Of a stretch of DNA of 64,000 nucleotides, positions 12,185 to 27,909 are shown in pieces. Made by a program: the position numbers and the translations under genes. The notes beneath the pieces are model-generated. The model was not told the DNA's origin. It saw only the letters and a list, made by a program, of their open reading frames with translations, and searched no databases. Within the stretch, counting starts at the first letter, position 1. The number at the start of each line of letters is the position of its first letter. The DNA comes from Eledone cirrhosa (lineage: Eukaryota), in contig OZ024742.1 in assembly GCA_964016885.1 (NCBI GenBank), positions 256,618,001-256,682,000 on the forward strand, in the 5' to 3' direction.

Positions 12185-12772
12185 TTAATTTAATTAGATC
12201 ATTCTATTGATTGATTAATTGTTTATGTTTGATAACTTCTGATTGAGTGCTTAATTCGGTTTGTCTAAGGGAATTTCATTCCTTTATCTCAAATTTCGAA
12301 TTCACCGCCAAGAAAACGACGTGTCTATAGCGAAATTTACTGCTAGAACATACCCGCAGAGGCTACAGAACACAAGACTTGTTGAAGAAGTAAATCCTTT
12401 GTTCTGTCGTCAAAGACCATTAACTTGCAGACCCCTGCAAGCGGAATTTGTCGATCTTGGATTTGCAGAAACCTAGCGCTGATGTTGTGTGCTGTATGTG
12501 ATGCATATCGTATACTATACGATATGCATTAAATGTTGCATTCGGTCTAACCGTTATGTCCAGGTCAGTCTAAAATCTTTTCCTGAGTCCAACCATTCTC
12601 GTTGCTGTGGTAATGCGGCTGGACTGCCGTTCGTTATATTTGATTTGCTAAGCTGTCTAAACGTATTGTTGTTACTCTGGGGTAATATTCCCATTCCAGT
12701 GCTAAAGCTACATACCGAATTTGCATTCGTTAGCTTGGCCGCAAACTAAAGCTTCGTTAATGGTGTACTAAA
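12185..12772 (+). mobile_element. About 590-bp non-coding HHR-bearing element between microsatellites
   Basis: Second copy at 3670-3987. Flanked by TA/CA tracts, no credible ORF. Confidence 0.65.
12375..12571 (+). ncRNA. Extended type I HHR candidate with U3 core
   Basis: AGACT(tg)-TTGAAGA-A-GTAAATCC..GGATTTGC-A-GAAA-CCT..AGG-TC-AGTCT. The paralogue has GGATTTAC, a perfect stem II. Confidence 0.5.
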
Positions 12773-12773
12773 A

Positions 12774-12825
<52 letters not shown>

Positions 12826-13733
12826 TATGTTTATATATATATATACATATATAGAGAATTAGTACATTTACCAACATATGTGTACAGATGTTCGCCTATG
12901 CTAGCAAATATATATGTTATGTCTTAGTACCTTTGTGGTTCTATGCAGGGGGATGCAGAACAATTATATGAAAGACGTAAAATAAGAACATTTTAAAAAT
13001 TAAAAATCAACTTACTTACTAAAATTTTCACTCCAACTAATTAGTTTCTGTAAGGGGATAAATATAGTTACATAATATAACTATAGAGAATTCCTTACGT
13101 CTATTCTCAGCTAAGTTCCCAGGCGATGCGCGGACACTAGGAACCCATATAAAAATAATAATAATTCAGTGGATGGAATAAAGCTAGCGAGGACTAAATT
13201 CCGGATCACTAATCAGTTTCTAATTAGTTTCTTCCAACTTAGTAGGGATTATCAAAACTTCGTAAATTTTCTGAAATTTTTTAACGAGATCTCTGGGGAA
13301 GAAAGTTTTTTTCTTTCGACAGAAATTTTTTTCTCTCGAGGGAACTTCTTGGGAAACTTTATAGTTTTTAGGGAAACTTTATATCTTTATTTTTTTTATT
13401 TTATTGTCTCTTAATCTCTTCTAGTTTGTTAAATTTATTGGGGCTTGTAAGCTTTATGCACGTATTGAAAGATTTTTTAAGGTGCTTCTACGAGATCCCA
13501 AGTCTTTTACTTTTAATAAGTAAATTATAAATTATCTAATTTTTAACCTACAATCCCTGACTCTCAGGACATTTTCAAATTCTCTTAACTCCCCATAACC
13601 CATCCCTTTTACAATTCCGACAACTAATATAAGAGAGCCCCCTTAGAATATAGACCACAAATATACAAGCGGAGCTGCTGATGTATACCACAATTTCAAA
13701 CTGCTAGTCTTAAGTGATACGTTGATGTAAATA

Positions 13734-15713
13734 ATGAACTTACAATCACATGTTATATATATATACCTGTACACTATGGATTGCACTACATACAACAACT
13801 TCATTCGAAAAGAATTACATAAAAAATATAGAAAAACGAGTGAAGTAACCCTTAAGCACATCAATGATGAGGCATGCGAAATAGTGAAAAATCTCGGAAT
13901 CGAAGATAGGACAGGACCACTCTTACCGGCGGTACCCACCTTCAATCTTAAGGACCACAAGGTAAACTTTGATAATGACCCTAAAATTAGATTAATCTGC
14001 CCCTCTAAATCAGATATAGGTAAAATAAGCAAATATATCTTAGATAGAATCATCCCCCAAATTAAGGCTAAGGTTAACATTAAACTCTGGGGGAAGACCC
14101 AAGAAGCAATAAGATGGTTTAATAGCATTAGCAGTAAGAATAAATCTAAGTTTATCCAGTTTGATATCGATGAATATTACTCATCGATATCACCTGAAAC
14201 TTTGAATAGAGCCATTAAGTTTGCTAAGGATAACTCTGACCTTACAAACGATGAAATTAAGATTATATTAGAAGCTAGGAAAACTATAGTCAAATTTGAG
14301 AACAGTTATTGGGTACGTAAAGATAGACCCTCTAACTTTGACATAACAATGGGCTCTAACGATTCGGCGGAAATAACTGATATTGTGGGGTTATTTATCG
14401 CCTTTAGACTCCAGGAAAAATTCAGCAATCTCCACGGCGGAATATACCGCGACGATGTTCTCCTCCTAGCTAAAAACCTTAATAACCAAAAACTAGAAAA
14501 ACTACGCAAAGATATAAGAAAACTACTACTCGAAATAGGACTAACTATAACATATGAATACAACCTTAAAGTAGTTAACTTCCTGGATGTCACACTCAAT
14601 TTAAACTCTGGTTTGATTAAACCGTTTCATAAATTGAATGAAAATCTCAAATACGTAAATGTTGGGTCTAACCACCCCATCTCTATAATTAAATCTATCC
14701 CTAAAAATATTTCCCTTAGAATCTCGAGTCTATCTTCTAACATACAAGTATTTAAGGAACACGCCGAGTACTACGATAACGCCCTTAGTAAAGCAGGCTA
14801 CCTCAACAAAATAGAGTACATAGATGGGAACAATCAAAACACCCAAAATAAATCCCACATAGGTAGATATAATAACACAACACCAAACCACACTTACTAC
14901 CATAGTATGCACACCAGTAAACCAACAAACAAAACTAATAGAAAGCGATGCAAAGAGTACTTATGGTATAACCCCGAATACAATAGCTCCATTAGTACAA
15001 ATTTACCAGTACTCCTCTTTAAAATAATTAAAAGACATTTTCCCACATCACACAAATACCACAAAATCCTAAACCCTACCACTATAAGACTGTCATACTC
15101 TACAGCGTTAAACCTTGAACAACACATAAAAAAGATCAATACTAGAAGGTTAAACGAAAACACTAAGAACTTAAGTACAAAGAACACAAAAAAAACAGTA
15201 GACAATACACTACAGAACATAAATAAACCACACCTAAGTTCGTCCGCAATACTACTCCAGAGAAAACCCAACGTACACAACTGTAACTGCACCTATCCTG
15301 ACAACTGCCCCCTCGGCAATAACTGCCTGGAAAAAAATATTATTTATAAGTGTACCATTAAATCCGGAGGCAACGAGTGGTATTACGTGGGATCAACGGC
15401 AACATCGTTTAAATCTCGATTGTATAGGCATTCTTACTCAATAAAACACCAGAGCCAAAGAAATGTAACAACTTTAGCAGAAAAAGCTTGGACGCTCAGG
15501 GATAGCGACCAAAAGTTTACCCTAAAATGGGAAAAATTAGCTAAAACCCAACGCTTTTCCAGGAGCCAAAATTTCTGCAAATTATGTAATCTTGAGATTT
15601 ATTACATAATCACACACAAGAAGAAACTGCTGAATAACAGAATTGAACGAACATTATTCTGCCGTCACAGAACTAAAACCCTTTTTTCCCACTACAAGCC
15701 GAATATTACATAA
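13734..15713 (+). CDS. Penelope-like reverse transcriptase + C-terminal GIY-YIG endonuclease (Hydra-clade-like), probably 5' truncated
   Basis: IRLICP, FIQFDIDEYYSSI, FDITMGSNDSAE, GIYRDD, NFLDVTLNL, thumb SNHP, LWYNPEY, CNCx5CPLx3C, IIY..YVG, R..H, CKLC.LE, LLN, CRH. No stop over 659 aa. Confidence 0.92.
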   Translation: MNLQSHVIYIYLYTMDCTTYNNFIRKELHKKYRKTSEVTLKHINDEACEIVKNLGIEDRTGPLLPAVPTFNLKDHKVNFDNDPKIRLICPSKSDIGKISKYILDRIIPQIKAKVNIKLWGKTQEAIRWFNSISSKNKSKFIQFDIDEYYSSISPETLNRAIKFAKDNSDLTNDEIKIILEARKTIVKFENSYWVRKDRPSNFDITMGSNDSAEITDIVGLFIAFRLQEKFSNLHGGIYRDDVLLLAKNLNNQKLEKLRKDIRKLLLEIGLTITYEYNLKVVNFLDVTLNLNSGLIKPFHKLNENLKYVNVGSNHPISIIKSIPKNISLRISSLSSNIQVFKEHAEYYDNALSKAGYLNKIEYIDGNNQNTQNKSHIGRYNNTTPNHTYYHSMHTSKPTNKTNRKRCKEYLWYNPEYNSSISTNLPVLLFKIIKRHFPTSHKYHKILNPTTIRLSYSTALNLEQHIKKINTRRLNENTKNLSTKNTKKTVDNTLQNINKPHLSSSAILLQRKPNVHNCNCTYPDNCPLGNNCLEKNIIYKCTIKSGGNEWYYVGSTATSFKSRLYRHSYSIKHQSQRNVTTLAEKAWTLRDSDQKFTLKWEKLAKTQRFSRSQNFCKLCNLEIYYIITHKKKLLNNRIERTLFCRHRTKTLFSHYKPNIT

Positions 15714-15825
15714 AAGAGGGACATCCCCCAACTATATAAACCTTAATCTAGTTAGAAAAATATAAAAACAATCTCTTCTCAACATATATTAATAACCTTA
15801 AATTACCATACTAATAATGAAAAGA

Positions 15826-15883
15826 TATGCTGATGAGAATAGGTACAAATATGCGATAATGAATGTGTCTAAAAACGTCCATA
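15826..15883 (+). ncRNA. Degenerate HHR-like motif in the PLE 3' UTR
   Basis: TATG-CTGATGA-gaa-TAGGTACA..TGTGTCTA-AAAAC-GTC-CATA, G12 missing. Confidence 0.4.
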
Positions 15884-16034
15884 AGTATGTATATATATGT
15901 GAAAATGTATATAAATAAGTAAATATATATATATGTTTGATGTGTATAGTTAGATGTAAGTGTATTCATGTATTAAAGTGCTTATATATATATATATGTA
16001 TGTATATGTGTGTATATGTATGTGTATGTATATG

Positions 16035-16091
<57 letters not shown>

Positions 16092-16657
16092 ATGTATGTA
16101 TATATGTGTATATGGATGTATAAGTATGTGTATGTGTGTACACATGGACTAGAGTATGTATGTATATATGAGTGTGTCTATACGTGTGTATATAAAGATA
16201 AGTTGAGTATGAAAATGTATACACATGAGCGCGTATGTATGTATATGAATACATGTGTGTATATATATGTGTATGCATGTGTATATATATGTAAGTATGA
16301 ATATGTGAATTGTGAGTATATGTATTTTGTAGAGGTGTGCAAATATATTTGTGTGTGAATGCGTGGGTGAAAGGATACGTACACTTGAAAGAAAAATTTA
16401 AGTCTGAATGTTAATTAAGTGCAAACACAAAACCAACCACGCATATCTTTACTATCTCTAATCCTTCTATAGATTTAGAAAAATAACCAATAATATATTC
16501 TATAAAAAATGTCAAAACAACAGATGGGAATCTAATTACTCACTGCCACCAAGAATTCTCACTGCTATCGAAAAACCACTCCTTCAACTATTCTTCTAAC
16601 AACTTCACCCCTCCCTCCTAATATTCTCTATAAAAACTAAATAGGTCCTCAGTAATA

Positions 16658-16774
16658 TTATTCTGATGAAATGACAGTAAATAATAACATTGAAATATTG
16701 AATGTCTGCATAACTAAAAGTTTCTAGATAGCTGTTTTAGGTTATGTAACTGTTATAGAAACACGTGTCAATAA
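16658..16774 (+). ncRNA. Minimal type I HHR with long stem II and palindromic stem III
   Basis: TTATT-CTGATGA-A-ATGACAGT..ACTGTTAT-A-GAAA-CACGTG-TC-AATAA. Confidence 0.85.
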
Positions 16775-16808
16775 ATTCCTTTCAACTAAACTGTATCCAT
16801 TCAAATCT

Positions 16809-16905
<97 letters not shown>

Positions 16906-16911
16906 CACATA

Positions 16912-19786
<2,875 letters not shown>

Positions 19787-20494
19787 GTGATGGCTGCCCG
19801 CTCGTTATCGAGTATGGCCATTGCACGATATACCATTATTAATAATTATTAATTAATTCTATCGTAAAATGCCTGTGCGGGAAGATATTTTTTAAAGTGA
19901 GGAAAGACTGTGCACGGAGCCAATCCAACTCTCTGAGCGACAGTAGCTATAACCCGAAAAAAAGAAAAGATCAACATCATCGGTAACTACTGAGCCGCAG
20001 GTTTTATATCGGAGTTATCAAAGTTTCCTGAGTTGCCTTCTCCCAGAAGAATGCCCTGAGAAAGGCTAGGGGTCCTTCACACCCAGTGGTTTAGCCGCGC
20101 GATCCGGTGTTTAGCCCGATTATTTCTATGTCCCCGCGCATATACATACACATGTACCCATGTATATACATATACATATATATGTACATGTGTATATTCA
20201 TATTTACACACTTTTGGATGGCCGTTGACTCTTATGAGTTCTTGCGGCCTTTGTCAGGTTTTGGTTTTTGTCCTGCAAGGGTGGCCAAAGTCACCCTCCT
20301 TACCAAGTAAACTTGGTGGAGTTGCCGGTTTAGTCGCCGACGACCCGACCATGCGACAGGTTGTACTGGGTTACATGTTACCAGTAGCACTCAAGAGTGA
20401 CCCGACATACATACATACAAACATACATACATACATACATACATACATACATACATACATACATACATACAAACATACATACATACATACATAT

Positions 20495-20555
<61 letters not shown>

Positions 20556-21413
20556 AATATTTTCATCGACACCTATGTCACATTTGTCTTAGACAGTTTT
20601 TCCCTATAATTTTAGTATAAAGAAATCCGTCGTATACACAGAAAAATACGGCATCGGATATTCTAAAATATTTTGAAAATATAACAAAATATTGAAGTAA
20701 TATAAATGCAGAATATGTATGAATGGAATAGTGTTAGTTGGCATATTGCATTCACTTCTGCTATAGTGACATGCAGTATATTTATTGGAGGTTATATACA
20801 ATAAATATGCGATCAGTGAATGTGATAGTAAAACCTACTTCTCATTTAACACAAATTTCTATTCTAGCATTCATTCTCCTCATTTCACTTCTTCACTAAT
20901 CACCTTTGCATGCGTATACAATCAGACATAGACACGAACTAACACACACACATAAACACATGCACATACACACATGCACATACAAGCACACTCTATCAAA
21001 ACCTAATCCCACAATATACGCATGTACAGACTCGTGATAACTACTGCATAACTATTCTAAAGGGAAATCGTTTTCATACGATTATGTAAAGGGCCTCGTG
21101 GTCTGAATCAATAACCTCTATATCTAAACCGTCGGAATATGTTAATATAACGCCTTATGGCTCCATAGAAGTCACAACAGATTATTTTTGATAACAGTAA
21201 AACGATTCAGTTCCTTCAATTCATATAAAAATCAGTGTAATACCAAAGAAATATCTATAGTTTCGATGAAGCTAACATTCAGCATGGATTTACATCTCAT
21301 AGATTCATTAGATTGATCTTCTGATGCTTTCCTCGATGTGTGTTACAATTGATCGATCAATGGGACATCATTCTATTGATATTACCGTGTATATGGAACA
21401 TTATTACACAGAC

Positions 21414-21523
21414 AAATCCAGCCGAGGTTAACTTTGCCTTTCATCCTTCCGGGGTCGATAGAATAAAGTACCAGTAATGCATTGGGTAATTGCTGGCCTT
21501 GTGCCAAAAGTAGAAACAATTAT
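21414..21523 (+). mobile_element. SINE family A, 5' truncated
   Basis: CTTTGCCTTTCATCCTTCCGGGGTCGATA..GTAGAAACAATTATT. Confidence 0.85.
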
Positions 21524-23070
21524 TACATAGACACGTGTACCCTTAATAAATTACATGAAAAGTTCATCAAGTAGTCTTCCAAACAGTTTCTGTCTACCCA
21601 ATGTTATTCACAATGCATGAAACGACACTAGGGTGTGGAAAATGTCACGTACTTAACATGCCAGGTAGTCTGAATCGAACCCAGACATAAGCTACCATAC
21701 TTTTCCACTTACTCCTCATCACTTTGATTAGACTCCATGTTATATATTCAGAGGTCGTGCGTGTTCACTGTTCAGCTCATGATATGATATGTATGTGTTC
21801 AATTCCCAGGCGGGGCGTTACGTTTTGTACTTGATCAATACATTTTAAGTAAGTGGCTCATATGTAGACACTTAGCAAAAATGTGTTGTACATGCAATTC
21901 GAATGTCCAGCCTTTTCAGACACCTTGTTGCACAGTATCGCCCTAAAATTTATGTTAACGGCAAACATGTCTGTGGAATACTTAACCTATTAGACAATAA
22001 TGCATGATGGACTGTGCCAGTAATTCAAGGAGTCAAATTGTGTCACAGTTGCGTCTGAGTCACCTTAAGCAATATGTTATGTCTAAATATGTCGGTCGAA
22101 AGCTCCGGCATATGCACGTAAATTTCACGAATAAGGAGTTCCAGTGACCAAAGGATTGGGACATTAGTCAGCAGAAACGATAGAGTTCCAACAATGCATT
22201 GATACAGTTGACACTAACGATCAATTAGGCATCATTTAAAAATAGAAAGCAAAAAATACCGTAGTTTGTCATATACATATCTGTATTCATTCATTGTCTG
22301 CTGCCTCGTAATATACCTCAAATTATTCCTTTTACTGACAGTAAGCATAGAATCATGACCCTGATCCGAACACTCTAACTACTAAGCCATATCAGTCAAC
22401 AAATCAGTTAGATAGTCTAGATTATACAAGTTTCTGTGATCAATACGGTTTCGGCGATGGATGTTTCAGTTGTTTGGTGAATGGAAGTACCAATTCATAA
22501 AATTAGGGTCTAAGTAGCTGAACATTACACAGACACGTATTCTCATGGAAGTACAAAAGGAGTAAGTGAGTGACAAGGCTGGTCCTTTGAATTATAGTTA
22601 CAGTCAATCTGACTACCTTCTAAATAATTCCAGTCGATTGAATGTCATACAAATGAAATGGTTCGACCAGACAATTCTGTAGGTGACCCATTCATGAGAG
22701 GTCAGCAGAACAAATCTGGGCTCTAATGGTTACGAAGCCAACGTCTTACTCATTCGGCCATTCTGAGTTCACTTTACACACAAAGACTATTATTTTAAAT
22801 ATGGAATTTTGAACCTGTGTACCGAGAACACACAGTGGTGTATTTCTTCAAAGTTAATGCTATATAATTATAAATATACTATGCAACTCCCGATTAGTCT
22901 CAGAACATGACCATTGAGCTACGTTTCATGCGCTCGTTACACTTCTTGTATCATCTCTGTACCATTTAGTCCCTTATTCATCTGTTTCTCTACTTCTATT
23001 AAATTTTCGTCGAATCAGTTGTCAATTTTGCTGTGATACACTCTTACACACACACGCGCACACCCAGACC

Positions 23071-23127
23071 CCGTTAAGGGTGATAGCAGCGATTCTTTGC
23101 TTAAACTTTAATCTGTTATTTTAATAA
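23071..23127 (+). repeat. Isolated 57-bp 3' terminus of the PLE ending at 54684
   Basis: CCGTTAAGGGT..AGCAGCGATTCTTTGCTTAAACTTTAATCTGTTATTTTAATAA followed by (AT)n at both loci. Confidence 0.85.
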
Positions 23128-25020
23128 ATATATATATATATATATATATATAAAGGTGCACATGAGAACATATATTATACGTTTCTATGCAATAAATATA
23201 TGGGTTCCCTCGCTTTCATAAAACGTAACGAAAAGAAATAATTTTCTCTATTTCCCTCTGTGTATATGACACTGTGTTGCCAGTAGGTTTTGAGAAGGTT
23301 ATATAGTGCTGTTACGAGATATGTTTTTCTTTCATAAGTGACACTCACTCAATGGATGATGGTATCGAAGAAGGCTAGAGTTCATATAGAATTTCGTGTG
23401 ATAAATATTTGCTGGAGATGCTCATTCGCATATAGAAAATAGAAACCATCGGCTGGAAACACCGATTTGCATATAATGCGAACATGACTGGTTATATCTA
23501 AATGGTAGTAGCACTGAAACAGCGTTTAAGCATAATAGAGATGTATATGAAAACATATATAAACATATATGTTTATTGTATATAAACGTATAATATATGT
23601 ATTATATTGTGATACTGCTGAGACACCGCTTTCTTGTATTTGATCATCTCAAACTGCTAAGTATGTACTCATAATCACCTCCATAGGATATATGTGTGCC
23701 TCTCTCTCTATATATATATATATTTACGTATATATATTTACCCCCATCACACGCACACACACACATATACATATATATATATATACACCTATATGTTTGT
23801 GTGTGTGTGGTGGGAGGGAGGTGAGTACAATGCAACGACGAAATTCTGCAAATTCTCTCTCCCAAATTCTACTCCCATGAGATTGGTCAAGCCAAAGCTA
23901 CAGTAATGCTCACATTCCCAAAATTCCACGCATTTGACTGAACGCATTTGACTGAACGCAGAAACACGTCGCTCGTTAACAGTCATGCATAAGCCAAGTA
24001 AAATATTATTCTTCAAGATACAGTGACTGACTCCATTTAAACATAATAGAATATATGTACACCTTTTTGTTGAAAGCTCCAATAATATAGTTATTGAACA
24101 TTAACATTAACTTAAGTTTAGTTCACGAAACAAAATAATTTAATATTTCCTAACATGTAATAATTGCTTTTTACACTGAAAGTGTTGCATTAAAAGAAAG
24201 CTAAATTGAGGTAATGTTTACATGAAGCTTGGCTTGTTATAATAGAAACATAGTAGATGCACTTTATCCTGGGAACTGTCAGAATTGGGTTACTGTTATA
24301 TTTAGATAAGTATGAGAATATGGAAGCCAGCATGATATGAAGTAGTATTTTTAAGACTTGCTGTTGTTAATGTCACACTGTAAAGCTGTCATTTGTGTAA
24401 CGTCAAAGTGTGCTTTTAATTGAAATTGTTTACATTTGAAGACGTCAGTATCATTTCTATCTATGTACAGCTTTCTTCTGTCTGACTGCCATTCCACACT
24501 GTAATGTTGTGTGCATAGAGCGAAAAATCTCCCAACACGAGGAATATGACCAATTGATTTTGGACTCCGTCTGTACCGACGACGTATGATTCAGTTGTTG
24601 CGATCTGAAAAAGAGCTAGCACATGAAATTAATGTAGAACTGAATGAAGAATCCACAAACACGATTGAGGTAGGTTTCAGGGAGACTCAGAGTGTCAAGG
24701 TAATTGACAAGGCCGACATTTTGAGATAAAAGTACAACATATGTTTCTCATCAGTGTGTATTTTAGCTACTTGACATAAAATGGAAATTCGATTCACCAG
24801 CCTAAGTTCATGAATAAACACCGTTATCACTAAGTCAGGATCATTAACACGAGTGTCTTACATCGTGACAATAACTTCCTCTGCTGTTTTCTGGTTGTTC
24901 CTGCTACTACTGTTGTTTCACCTCTAGTTTCCCGTAGATTTACATGTTAGCTAACCCCATGAAAATTACAGTTTAATTAGAAAGGGCCAGCAATAATGAA
25001 AACCAAGATGACAGGTAAAA

Positions 25021-25099
<79 letters not shown>

Positions 25100-26701
25100 T
25101 TATTTATTTATTTATATAAACCAATGCAATAAATGGGAGGGAAGGGATAACACGTCACATTAGTATTGATAAACTAAAAAAAAAGTTAAGAACGGGAGGA
25201 CAAGAAAACGAAAGGAAACAAGGCAAAAGGAAAAGCAATGTTTTAAAGGGGAAACATTAAACAAATATTTTTATATACAAATGAAGGACACAGAACTGAA
25301 GGTTCATCACCGCTGGGATAGAATTTGTACCGGTGTTAGAGAGTCTGACATAAACAAAACACTGTCCATTGGGGTAACAGACGAGAGACAAAACTTTAAT
25401 TCAACTAAGCTACAAGTACAAATATATTTGTATGTGACGTCAAGGAAAACGTTTGGTATCTCTTATAGAAGGAGGGTCATAAATGAAACATATGAAAAAA
25501 AAGAAAAATACAGGAAGAATAAAGCAAGAAGTAGAAAGATAGGATGTTAAAAAATAAATGGGGTAAGATGTGATAACACATACGTCATACCAGTATTGAT
25601 AAAAGTAAAAAAATAACAAACAATTTTATAATTTTACGGTAGTTAAAATGAGAATTGTCGGCGCCGTTTCTACAATCTCTTTGAAATATACACAATCATT
25701 CTCTCTTCCATTTTCGCTTATGCACACAGTACGTTTTCCATGAGGAATTGTTGAAGAGTTGGATTAAAAACATTTCTGCTTGCCGCTACCAGTTCTTTCA
25801 CCCCTCTTTCGTTCTCTTTTACATAGGCACAGAGACACGTACACTCATACCATACCCCTGTGTGGAGTGACACAAGTTTTACAGGAAATATTAAATATCT
25901 TTATTATATAAAATCCCCTGTCAGAAGACAGATGAGTTTTTGTATTCTTGGAGGTATCAAGTCTTATCGAGAGTAATTATAGTGAGAACATATGGTGTCT
26001 TTCACACTAGTTGAATGTGCTTTCTTAGCAACTGAAACGCACGAAATAAGTATATAATTTTTTTAATTTATTTTCAAGATTTCACTGCAAATGGCGTCAT
26101 AGATAGGGTTGTTATGCTTCATTTCCTACAAAATATGAGGTTGGGGAATACAAATGGCATCTTAGCTGAATTTTATGGTTCATTTTCTGTCGAAAGCGAG
26201 GTTTGGGAATTCAGATTAGTTTTCAGACATGTGAAACACTTAACAGAATTAGTTTTTCCGACACATTAGCATCTATCTATGGTGATGGTCGTAAAAAGCG
26301 TATCAATCGGAAAAAAGATCAATAATCAAAGGTGGTGATAATCGATTGATGACACCCATAAAGTACAGTAATAAATGAGATGCATATGCAATACTAACAT
26401 GTATTCTGCATATACGTGAGACGGATGTTAATGAGGATGTATACGTACACGTGCATCTGACATAAATACTACAGCTTCCATGCACGTGAACCGATTTCAG
26501 CTGCTGTTTATCTTAATGTGTGCTGCATACATGTGCAGCTAATATACAAGTGTGTATAAGTGTTAGTTTGCATAAATTTGTGCACGCAAGTGTGAAGCAT
26601 CGAGTTAGCTGATGGTGTTCATTTCGTTGATAGATTGGGTAAGGTTGAATGTGCTGCTCAGTGATATATATCTATATCTATCTATCAATTTCTCTCTTTC
26701 G

Positions 26702-26747
<46 letters not shown>

Positions 26748-27691
26748 GCATGCATGCGTGTATGTGTGTGTGTGTGGGGGGGGGGGGGGGGGGGGGGTTA
26801 AGTTAAAAGTAAGTTTTTTTAATGATTTGGTTTACATTCCTTACTCATCGCCTTCTGTTCTATTTCGGTATTATTGCTTCACGGCGGTATTGAGTTCGTT
26901 CTAATTTTAGTCCTCACCCTTGTCATTATTGAACAATCTTTGAGCGACGGGTCGAAAAAATATATAATGGCACAAGCAGACACACACACACACACACACC
27001 AAGACATATAAATATGCATATAATACCACCCACTTCACTGCTCGTTGAAAGGAACGTAGCGTATATTATAGAGTGTTTAATTCCAGACGAAATATTGTGC
27101 GCCTCCTGGCCATTGAATTAGAAAATTTACTTTGTACCTGTAATTCATTCGTTTAGTTTTGTTAGATACTATACCGTTGATACTCGCAGAGAACTGTGGT
27201 AAAGTTACACGTGTTTGTGAGGGGTCGGTACACTTGCACGCTAAATTCACAAGCAGGCACTTCCGTTGATTGAACTACGACTACATCTTTGGTCGGTACA
27301 AACCGATGTCCAACACAAAGTGGTTTGTAGAATGCTCAGCCACGTGGAATCTAATTTCACATGCAATATATTCATTTAATTGAACAACTAGAACCATCAT
27401 CGTTGCATACCATGTTGGTCCAACACAGAAAATTCACATTTTCACTGTCATATTCATAATCTAATTGACTGCAGCAGAGTTACAATAGTGAGGACTAAAT
27501 TATTTTTAAATTACACTGCTTATTTTCTGCCTCAGGTATAAATATACGAAAGTGCTCGATATCCGAAAGGCATACGGCGTATGGAATGTGATTACATACT
27601 AATTATTTAGTTAATGATATAATAACGTAATCATTAGTTAGTGATTTTATCTGATAATTCTCTCATGGTTTCACTAAAAAGTCTGTAAAAT

Positions 27692-27793
<102 letters not shown>

Positions 27794-27862
27794 GTATATA
27801 TATATATACATATATATGTATTATACACACACGCACACACGCACACATACAGACACACACAA

Positions 27863-27909
<47 letters not shown>

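Larger units (their letters stand above)
13760..16811 (+). mobile_element. Penelope-like element including 1.1-kb 3' UTR with HHRs, ending in (TA)n
   Basis: ORF as above, short TA run at 13756-13766, HHR about 40 nt before the terminal (TA)n. Confidence 0.85.

Noticed and set aside
13643-15292. Antisense ORFs over the PLE ORF
   Set aside because: Shadow frames with no recognisable motifs.
13734-15713. Selenocysteine-recoding (Naiad-type) PLE
   Set aside because: The EN is C-terminal and the ORF has no in-frame TGA.
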